From Candidatus Freyarchaeum deiterrae (GTDB lineage: Archaea; Asgardarchaeota; Jordiarchaeia; Jordiarchaeales; Jordiarchaeaceae), in the NCBI GenBank assembly GCA_037305845.1, contig CP147778.1, forward strand, positions 3,456,001 through 3,520,000: 64,000 nucleotides of DNA, written 5' to 3'. The notes beneath the pieces were generated by a model. The model worked only from the letters and a program-made list of their open reading frames with translations, was not told where the DNA came from and did no database searches. Within the stretch, counting starts at the first letter, position 1; each line of letters opens with the position of its first letter. Of this stretch, positions 39,154 through 46,820 are shown piece after piece. Position numbers and translations under genes: made by a program.

Positions 39154-40173
39154 TTAGATATCTGATTTTTCCAACTGCGTTCTAAAAGCTCTAAGCGTCA
39201 AAGCGAAACTTATTACAATCGCCGCGGCTCCGAGAATCATCAACACATAGCCAGGCTCGCTACTCGTGCTAAGGACATTGTTCAGGATGGATAAGCCGTA
39301 TTGGCCTGCGAATGCTCCTGCGATAATAAGGGAAAGTCCCGCGAAGTAATTGGCAGCCCTTCGCCTGAGGGTTAGGGGAATTTCACCCTTCAAAATTGTT
39401 CCCGAGTCTCCTATTACTGATACTTTGTATACCTTATTTTTGAACTTGTATCTAACCAGCCACAACGGTACATGAACATAAATGGGAGAGTGTACTTCAA
39501 TTTTAGAATTGAACCTTACCAGCTTGATTACTCTTTCGTTTGCGATTCGCCGATTCTCATCTTCTATCCTGCCAAATGCTTCTCTCGAAGCCTCAACCGG
39601 ATTAACTTCCGCGTTTATGAATTCTGCGTTAAGGCTTTTTATTTTGTTAAAATCGAAGACCTCTATATTATCCAACTTTAATTTCTTCTCGAAATTATTG
39701 AACCCGTAAAAAGCGGTGTGCTTTCTAGCGATGATTTTTTCTCCACCAGACCTAGCAAAATCCCCCTCCTCCGGTTTATATACAAGAACCGGAATATATG
39801 GGGGCGTCGTTCCCGCCTTGCTGCCATAAACCTTTACTTTACGCGATATCACGGATTGCTTTACTCCACAATAGTGGGTATTTGAGTTAAATGGGCATAG
39901 CCAGTAGGGAATATAGTTGAGCTTCAGTTCCTCTATAACGGCTTGTTTGTACAAACTCCAAGTTACTCCCTCGTGTTTCTTTAAGAATTTCATTGTATTA
40001 CTTTTAATTGCTTTCTCTTGCAGTGTTGGCAACATTTGATGACCCGGAACATTCTTTCCTTCAATGTCAAAAGTTGATCCGCAATACTTACAGGTAATCA
40101 CCACATCTTCGGGAGAAACCGCTATCACTACACCACAAGTCGGGCACTGCTTGGTTAACTCTTCCTTTGCCAT
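39154..40173 (-). CDS. Zinc-ribbon protein with two C-terminal TM helices (YdjG-like), paralog 3
   Basis: Recent duplicate of 37894-38907; near-identical except a central loop. Confidence 0.7.
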   Translation of the reverse strand: MAKEELTKQCPTCGVVIAVSPEDVVITCKYCGSTFDIEGKNVPGHQMLPTLQEKAIKSNTMKFLKKHEGVTWSLYKQAVIEELKLNYIPYWLCPFNSNTHYCGVKQSVISRKVKVYGSKAGTTPPYIPVLVYKPEEGDFARSGGEKIIARKHTAFYGFNNFEKKLKLDNIEVFDFNKIKSLNAEFINAEVNPVEASREAFGRIEDENRRIANERVIKLVRFNSKIEVHSPIYVHVPLWLVRYKFKNKVYKVSVIGDSGTILKGEIPLTLRRRAANYFAGLSLIIAGAFAGQYGLSILNNVLSTSSEPGYVLMILGAAAIVISFALTLRAFRTQLEKSDI

Positions 40174-40330
40174 GAAAAAACCACATTTGCATTTGAGCTA
40201 TACGTTTACACTTTTGATATATAGTTATTTTCGCATAATTGCATTACAACCCTCTGTATATGATGAAAGCGTATACATCTTCGGGGAGAAGAAAAGCCAG
40301 GGAAAGGGTAATCTCTCCAGAATTTTAAGC

Positions 40331-41590
40331 TTAAACTAGGTCTAACCATCTTTTTAGATGTCCGATGTATTGCATTTTAATGGGGCTGATTTTTTCCTTT
40401 TTTTCTACGATTTCTATGCCTTTTTTTATTTCTAGGATTAGAGTTTCTGGATTCTTCTTGGTGTCGAGATATCTTTCTTTTAGTGTGTGAGTTTTGATTT
40501 GTGCGGTTAATTCTTTTTTTTCTTCCGATAGTTTATCGTATTCCCCTCTTTTTTCTTCTTGAAGTTTTGATTTATGGAATCTGAGTTTTCCTTTTGAATA
40601 TTCAAAAGCCTCTGATTTTAAACTATTAATTCTCTCATTCGTATTGCTCAGAGTTTCCATTAAGGAAAAGGTTTTGAAATCATCTTTGCTTGCTATCTCT
40701 CCATAGTTTGAGATTATGGTTTTCATTATGGGATATGAGAAAAGTTTTTTGAAGAGAGAAAAGTATACTCTAGGTGTGGCTCCTCCTCCCCCGGTTTCTG
40801 TAATTTTCACTCCTTTGCCTTCTATACTGTAGCATAATCCTCTAAACTTTAATAATGGATCAAGTGGGGAAGAATAGACTGAGAATACCTCCTTTCTGGC
40901 CTCTTTTGTTATTCTTTCTACGAGTTCCTTAAAGGAAAGTAGGTACTCGCTGCTTACAGTAAATCTGTCGAATCCCAAAATCCCTAGTCCCAGTAAATTT
41001 CCCGAGATTTGAGACGCATAGGAAACAAGGTGATCAATTACTCGCGGATTTAATAGTAAGTCATAATCCCCAACTAGTAAGATGGGCATGAGGTTTTTTC
41101 TTATACTCTCAGTGATTTCAAATAGCTTCATATTAAGCTCAAACCAAGAATCGTTTTCTTCCACTATTGGGAAATAGGGAGGAATACAATAGGCAAGCTT
41201 TGATTTTTTAGTTGACTTTTCTTCCATCCACATTTCCAATTCTTTCTGTTCTTTTTCCATAACGCTCTCTTGAAAGTTGACAACTTTTTCAACAAATTTT
41301 TTAAAATCAGTATCTTCTAAATTCGATATGTCTAAGTCATAGGCTTCAGCTAAGCGCTCTATTGTAATTTTATTTTCTACATCTAGAAAAATAGAGGGGT
41401 GAAAATACCAAGTTGAAGAATCAATCAAATAATCCTTGTTTGTTTTTATAAGAAGGCTTGCGAAAGAGGTTTTATAAATTTCAAGTATATGAGCTTCGGT
41501 AAACAGCAAATCATAGTACTCGGCGTTTTCGAGTGCAAGTTCGTCTTGAGGAAGATACCTTATCGCTATTATCCTCTTTTTATTAGCCAT
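40331..41590 (-). CDS. Hypothetical alpha/beta protein coupled to a nuclease gene
   Basis: 419-aa AT-rich ORF overlapping 41583-41924; motifs YLIDSSTWYF, IPPYF, GGGGATPRVY, HTL. Confidence 0.6.
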   Translation of the reverse strand: MANKKRIIAIRYLPQDELALENAEYYDLLFTEAHILEIYKTSFASLLIKTNKDYLIDSSTWYFHPSIFLDVENKITIERLAEAYDLDISNLEDTDFKKFVEKVVNFQESVMEKEQKELEMWMEEKSTKKSKLAYCIPPYFPIVEENDSWFELNMKLFEITESIRKNLMPILLVGDYDLLLNPRVIDHLVSYASQISGNLLGLGILGFDRFTVSSEYLLSFKELVERITKEARKEVFSVYSSPLDPLLKFRGLCYSIEGKGVKITETGGGGATPRVYFSLFKKLFSYPIMKTIISNYGEIASKDDFKTFSLMETLSNTNERINSLKSEAFEYSKGKLRFHKSKLQEEKRGEYDKLSEEKKELTAQIKTHTLKERYLDTKKNPETLILEIKKGIEIVEKKEKISPIKMQYIGHLKRWLDLV

Positions 41591-41924
41591 AGATAATCCT
41601 AGCTTTATTTTTATTTACTTCAATAAGCCCCACATTATAGTGCTTGAAAATTCCTATATTAGCTTCCTTTACAGCTTCATGCCAGAGTGCAACATAAGCT
41701 TTTGAGAAGAAAAAAGTATTTATGTAAGCTTGAAAGATCGCTTCCTCCCACTTGTTAACCTTGAGCTCAACGGCTACTTTTTTCTCCTCTTCCCCTATTT
41801 TAAAAAAAACGAGGTCAACTCTTTTTCGGCTCATCGGTATTCTTATCTCTCTTTCATAGGTTTTGAAGCCATTGTCCCTGAAAAGCTTAATAACTGGTTT
41901 GTAGAGAATACTTTCCCTGAGCAT
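41583..41924 (-). CDS. Small PD-(D/E)xK-family nuclease
   Basis: RESILY...REI...RVDLV...AVELK...AIFQA...AYVA. Confidence 0.75.
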   Translation of the reverse strand: MLRESILYKPVIKLFRDNGFKTYEREIRIPMSRKRVDLVFFKIGEEEKKVAVELKVNKWEEAIFQAYINTFFFSKAYVALWHEAVKEANIGIFKHYNVGLIEVNKNKARIIYG

Positions 41925-41990
41925 AATTTTTATACAACGCTTACTTTAATAAGTGTTCTTCTTTATTATTCTTGGAGGTTAAGATTGAAA

Positions 41991-42578
41991 ATGGCGGCAC
42001 TATCAAGTTTAAACTTATTGGCCCTCCTATTATATGCTCAAGGAAAAGGTGGAAATAAGGGAGACCCCATAGTAGGTAAGAGGCGACTCGATAAACTCCT
42101 TTTCCTAGCCAAAATGACTTTGGAGGATATTGGGGTGGAAGTCGAGGGCGAGTTTATACCCTATAGACAGGGTGCCTACTTGTTGCAGCTTGAGGGCGTA
42201 ACCGAAACTGCTCAGTCTCTTGGACTCCTTAATATTGAAAAAGATGACGAGCTAATATACTGCATGCCAAGTGAAGGGATCAAGAAGGTTGAAAGAATAT
42301 TGCTACCGAAAATGGACGCGGAAGTACTCGAGAAAATAGAGGAGATTAAAAAGAGGTATAATAGTATTCCCGAAGACCTGCTTCTCGCGGTTACTTACCT
42401 GAAATACCCTGACTATACCATCCGTTCAGAGATAAAGAATCAGGTATTCTCTAGCCTGCTCAAATATCTTGAGGAGTTTGAGGAACTCCCAGAAAAACTT
42501 GGAATAACTAAAGAGGATGTAGAGAAACTATCCTTGGAAGCGAGGAAGAGAACATTCAAGAGGCTAGAGATTGCATGA
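41991..42578 (+). CDS. SocA/DUF4065 (Panacea/YwgA-like) antitoxin-type protein
   Basis: GKRRLDKLLFL, FIPYRQGAY, LLAVTYLKYPDY; ATG at 41991 after GGAGG (the upstream part of the track ORF overlaps the nuclease gene). Confidence 0.7.
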   Translation: MAALSSLNLLALLLYAQGKGGNKGDPIVGKRRLDKLLFLAKMTLEDIGVEVEGEFIPYRQGAYLLQLEGVTETAQSLGLLNIEKDDELIYCMPSEGIKKVERILLPKMDAEVLEKIEEIKKRYNSIPEDLLLAVTYLKYPDYTIRSEIKNQVFSSLLKYLEEFEELPEKLGITKEDVEKLSLEARKRTFKRLEIA

Positions 42579-42649
42579 AAAATGTTATAGTAGACACAAA
42601 TGTTCCTTTTTTGGCCTACCTTTTAAAGGAAATGAAAAGAAAATTCTAA
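42575..42649 (+). pseudogene. Truncated PIN-domain N-terminus
   Basis: MKNVIVDTNVPFLAYLLKEMKRKF*; ATGA overlap with the SocA-like gene. Confidence 0.5.
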
Positions 42650-42778
42650 TTCAAATTTTGCAAATTATGCTTATCAGAAGAGGCTAACGCCCCCTATTTC
42701 CTCTTATTTTTTATGACTGCTTTTCAATGTGGGTTTCTTATATTGGTGATTAATGATAGTTTGTCTGAAAACAGGTGA

Positions 42779-43195
42779 TTATTCATTTTTAACTGGGTCT
42801 AATATTTCGATGAAATCTATTTGCTTAAATGCTTGGTCGTGCGTCATGATTTTCTTTATATTATTTTCAGCCATTGATGCGAGAATCGTTGCATCTCTTC
42901 CACCTATGCCAACATGAGAATACTTTGCAAGTTCTTCAATCGATTTTTTTGCAAGTTTGTAGTCAAAATTCACAATTTCCATGGGGTATGAATTAAATAT
43001 ATCCATTTTCCTCTTTCCCTCTAAGGGGCCCAGATTCTTTATTAGATAGTGGGCTACCTCAATTAGAATCACGGTGTTTATAACAACTCTCTCTTTAAGT
43101 GCTCTCTCAACCTCTCTCGATACGGCTTCGTGTTCTTTTGCCGATCTATCGAAGTAGTAGCACCAGATGTTTGAGTCTACAAAGATTGTTTCCAT
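42779..43195 (-). CDS. vapC: PIN-domain toxin
   Basis: IFVDSNIW, LIEV, GGRDATILAS, MTHD. Confidence 0.9.
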   Translation of the reverse strand: METIFVDSNIWCYYFDRSAKEHEAVSREVERALKERVVINTVILIEVAHYLIKNLGPLEGKRKMDIFNSYPMEIVNFDYKLAKKSIEELAKYSHVGIGGRDATILASMAENNIKKIMTHDQAFKQIDFIEILDPVKNE

Positions 43196-43419
43196 ATCTT
43201 TTTGGCATCCAGGGGTTGTATGATAGATTTGTTGACGCAGCCCTTAAGCTCATTTGAAAACTTTTCAAGGTCAATGAGGGGCTTAATAACCACCTTTCCA
43301 TTTTCAAATTCTACTTCAACTTCTTCTCCAGGCCTGAAACCTGCCATGTCTCTTATCTCTTTGGGGATTTGTATCTTTCCTCTCTCCTCAATTTTGGCTC
43401 TACCCACTCGTATCACCAT
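43177..43419 (-). CDS. AbrB/MazE-family antitoxin
   Basis: ERGKIQIPKEIR...FRPGEEV...KVVIKP; overlaps the PIN gene. Confidence 0.9.
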   Translation of the reverse strand: MVIRVGRAKIEERGKIQIPKEIRDMAGFRPGEEVEVEFENGKVVIKPLIDLEKFSNELKGCVNKSIIQPLDAKKIWKQSL

Positions 43420-43460
43420 GGGACTTTAATTCCAAAAACTATTTAAAATTTACTACTTGT

Positions 43461-43681
43461 AAAATTCGCGGCTTTAACGCAGTAAACTTAAATGGGGTAT
43501 CCCTTAATAGAAATAAGGAGTCCATGGGAGTTGATGACCTACGAAGAATGATAAGAAGTTTGATGCTGTCGAAATGATGCGGGAGATTAGGGATAAGTTG
43601 AGCAAAGAGTTCATGAATATGAGCTATGAGGAGCAGAAAAAATACATAAGAGAAAGAATTAAGCAATCCACGGTTTCATGA
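43461..43681 (+). pseudogene. Decayed PIN C-terminus plus small partner gene with ACG in place of ATG
   Basis: KIRGFNAVNL / frameshift / YPLIEIRSPWELMTYEE*, overlapping (ACG)KNDKKFDAVEMMREIRDKLSKEFMNMSYEEQKKYIRERIKQSTVS*. Confidence 0.55.
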
Positions 43682-43823
43682 AACGCTTCCAAAACATGAG
43701 TCCGGCCGAGCAAGCGGAAAAAAGCACACACACCTCCCATTTTCAGAGAAGATCTTTTTATCTGTACTATTATGTGATAATAAAAAATAAAAAATGAGGT
43801 TTGTTCAGAATCTTTCCGAAAGA

Positions 43824-44636
43824 TTACAGGTTTCTGGAGGAGTAGAAAACCCAAGCCCAGAGAATGAATGCCACGAGCATCGGCCAAAAGCCAATAATGG
43901 CTCCAAAATAAATACCGGTACTAATAATATTTGCAGCGGTGCTGTTTAGACTGATGCCAAAGCTAGTTACGGAGAAGGAGCCGATCGAGCTACCTAAAAA
44001 GAAAAATACCGCCGCTGTAATACTCAAAATTCCCGCAGCAAGGAAAGCCGAGGGCTTCTCGACCATTTCTCTCACAGATATACTAACAGAACCAAACAAT
44101 ATGAATGCGTAACCCAGTAAAAGAAAACCTATCACCATAAGGGGAAAATTGGGTATAGGCACTGGGAGAAAAGGAATAACGTAGGCAAACCCGCCACTAT
44201 TCACTTCTAACAGTGTTTGCTCATATTCTGTTGTCAGATTTACCACAAGAATAAGTATTGCCCCCGCTGAGATTCCTATGATACCTGAGATAATGCCTAC
44301 CGTGTTCACAGCCCCTCCACCAATCTTGTACACACCGTAGAAACCAAAACCAATCAGTACACTGGTCACGATGAAAAATACAGTCAATATAAGAGAGTAT
44401 ACACCGAATAAGGACCAGGACGGAAAATAAGGTATCGGATACGGAGATGAAACTGTAACACCGCCAAACTTCAGAGTTCCAAATACGCCAGAAATGTATA
44501 AACCCAAAAAAACCACATAATTACTTATTTCGGTTGAAAATGTAGAAAATATAGAAACCCATATTACCCCTATAACAGCAGTTATGGCTCCTATTATTCC
44601 TCCATCTGCACCAGCTAGTAACGCTCCTCTAGACAT
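43824..44636 (-). CDS. Multi-pass membrane protein, paralog of 6241-6999
   Basis: Shared motifs and TM pattern with 6241-6999. Confidence 0.7.
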   Translation of the reverse strand: MSRGALLAGADGGIIGAITAVIGVIWVSIFSTFSTEISNYVVFLGLYISGVFGTLKFGGVTVSSPYPIPYFPSWSLFGVYSLILTVFFIVTSVLIGFGFYGVYKIGGGAVNTVGIISGIIGISAGAILILVVNLTTEYEQTLLEVNSGGFAYVIPFLPVPIPNFPLMVIGFLLLGYAFILFGSVSISVREMVEKPSAFLAAGILSITAAVFFFLGSSIGSFSVTSFGISLNSTAANIISTGIYFGAIIGFWPMLVAFILWAWVFYSSRNL

Positions 44637-44819
44637 TCTCTAATCACCTTTATCCCAAGTATTTATACTTATTCTTGCCCCTATCACGAATCTCTAACAT
44701 ATTAACTTATTTTTTGAAGCATTCAATTTTAATATGGATGCGGGTGGGATACTGTTAAAACCCGTTTTCCGTAGATTATTGTAAATACTACTGTGTCTTT
44801 GAAGTTTGGGCTGATGTTT

Positions 44820-46292
44820 ATGAGGGTTAGAATTCCTCGGTGTATGAGTTCGCAGCATCCGGATAATGTTAGGACTCCCTTTTTCGCCAGTCAGAACATC
44901 ATCGGTGGAGAGGACGAGATTAAGGAGGCTTACTATGTTTTCTCGCATCTGGGCTGTGATGAGCAGATGTGGGATATGGAGGGGAAGGAGGTTGATAACT
45001 TCGTCGTGGTGAAGCTTTTCTCGAACTATGATTACTTTTTTAAGGAGAATAAGCTGGGTGAAGATGTTTTTCTAACTCTCCGTGTGCCCAACCCCTCTAT
45101 TGAAAAGGCGGAGGGGAAGATACTGGTGGAAGCACTGGGAAGTATACCGCGTTCCTTTGATGCCTCCAAAATTTTCTATGGCGCAGACCTTACGCCGATA
45201 TTCGAGGTTATCCTGCCCATGACTCAGTCCGCTGAACAGTTGAACCGGGTCTACTTCTACTACAAGGAATTCGTGGTGGGCAAACAGAACCAATCACTCT
45301 TCAAGGGAGACATCCCGATTAAAAATTGGATAGGGGAATTTCAGCCCGAGGAGATAAACGTAATCCCATTAATTGAGGATATGCCGAGCATGCTTAAGGC
45401 GGATCAAATAGTCGGAGAATACTTGAAGGATAAGAAAGTTGACTATCAGAGGGTTTTCCTCGCGAGAAGTGACCCCGCACTAAACTACAGTCTGGTCTCA
45501 GCGGTGCTAATGAACAAAATCGCGCTCCACAAACTGGAACTACTGGAAGAAGAGTTATCCGTGGATATTTACCCCATTCTGGGAGTGGGATCCCCGCCCT
45601 TCAGGGGAGGAATGACCCCCATCTCAGAGGATAAGGTTCTGGAGGAGTACCCCAGCGTGCAAACCTTCACCCTACAGTCGGCTTTCAAATACGATTACCC
45701 CGAACAACAGGTCATGGAATCAGTTAAGAGAATAAAGGACAGGGGAAGAGGAAAAACCCAAGACGTGGATAATGAGCTGTGCCGAAAAATACTGGAGACA
45801 GTGTCCCAAGAGTACGAAAGAGAAGTAATAGATATAGCTCCCCTAATAAACCAGATAGCCCGACACATCCCCCAGAGAAGAAAAAGAAAATTACACATCG
45901 GACTCTTCGGATACTCCAGAGGCGTGGGAACAGCAGTTTTACCGAGGGCCATAACATTCTGCGCCGCACTATACTCCGTAGGCATCCCACCAGAAATCTT
46001 CGGCCTCTCCGCACTAAACGAAAAGTACAGAGAGACAGTTGCAGACATTTACAAAAGCTTCGATGAACACATCTCCCAATCTCTCCAGTATCTGAACCAA
46101 GACAACCTCAAACTACTCTACCCAAACCTGGCAGAAAAAATCCGAGAAATAGCTAAGGAATTCGAATTCGAAACCAACCAAGAACACCAAAACCTAACAA
46201 CACAGATAGTAAAACTATTCAAACAGAACGAACCAACAAAAATTGAAGAAAAAATATTGGAAGCCGGAGCCATAAGAGGATTCCTGGGATAA
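44820..46292 (+). CDS. ppcA: Phosphoenolpyruvate carboxylase, archaeal type
   Basis: IPRCMSSQHPDN, EQMWDMEGKE, TLRVPNP, RVFLARSDPALNY, GSPPFRG, HIGLFGYSR, PRAITFCAALYS. Confidence 0.96.
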   Translation: MRVRIPRCMSSQHPDNVRTPFFASQNIIGGEDEIKEAYYVFSHLGCDEQMWDMEGKEVDNFVVVKLFSNYDYFFKENKLGEDVFLTLRVPNPSIEKAEGKILVEALGSIPRSFDASKIFYGADLTPIFEVILPMTQSAEQLNRVYFYYKEFVVGKQNQSLFKGDIPIKNWIGEFQPEEINVIPLIEDMPSMLKADQIVGEYLKDKKVDYQRVFLARSDPALNYSLVSAVLMNKIALHKLELLEEELSVDIYPILGVGSPPFRGGMTPISEDKVLEEYPSVQTFTLQSAFKYDYPEQQVMESVKRIKDRGRGKTQDVDNELCRKILETVSQEYEREVIDIAPLINQIARHIPQRRKRKLHIGLFGYSRGVGTAVLPRAITFCAALYSVGIPPEIFGLSALNEKYRETVADIYKSFDEHISQSLQYLNQDNLKLLYPNLAEKIREIAKEFEFETNQEHQNLTTQIVKLFKQNEPTKIEEKILEAGAIRGFLG

Positions 46293-46476
46293 AAAACCAC
46301 CGATACCACACCGAACCACCGATAGTATCCTCCTAAAAAAGCAATTGGAGTAGAAAAAATAATTGAAAAGTGTGGAGCCCCCTTCTGTTTTTTAATCTGG
46401 GCTTAGCGCGTTACTTCTACAGAGGTTACTCTGTGTTCCACCAAGGCTTGTTCCATTTTTCAGAAGACTGAGGTAT

Positions 46477-46820
46477 AACACCAGCAATCCTCCTCCAACA
46501 CAAAATTTATTAGAACAGTAGAAAATATAATGAAAATATAACACTATTGTATATTTATCTCTTAAAAAGGTCGTTGAACGACAAACAACCGTTACCGAAA
46601 CCAATGGAACGGAACGAACGAGGAGAGAGAGGAGGAATAAAAACTGAAACAGACACTCCCACTCTTTCTCAGGTTCACAGACGATAAGCAGAAAAAGGGA
46701 AGAGGGAAACGAGGACTCCAAAACATACTAACTAACTAATAGTATTAGTATTGGAGCCTTGCCCTACACAGAAACTTAATTGTTTCTCCTATTAAAAAAA
46801 ACTAATCAAATGAAAATTGA
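46477..46820 (+). promoter_or_regulatory. Conserved promoter and structured 5' leader, copy 1
   Basis: Direct repeat of 49522-49897 and 53978-54329; TATA-like TATTTAT near 46552, palindrome GTCGTT-G-AACGAC, several conserved stems. Confidence 0.65.

Noticed and set aside
41730-41990. N-terminal extension of the 282-aa track ORF
   Set aside because: It overlaps the nuclease gene on the other strand; the RBS and domain start support ATG 41991.
46392-46721. ORFs in the beta-helix intergenic repeats (also 49494-49736 and 53921-54313)
   Set aside because: Frame and strand are not conserved among the three copies, and indels are not multiples of three.
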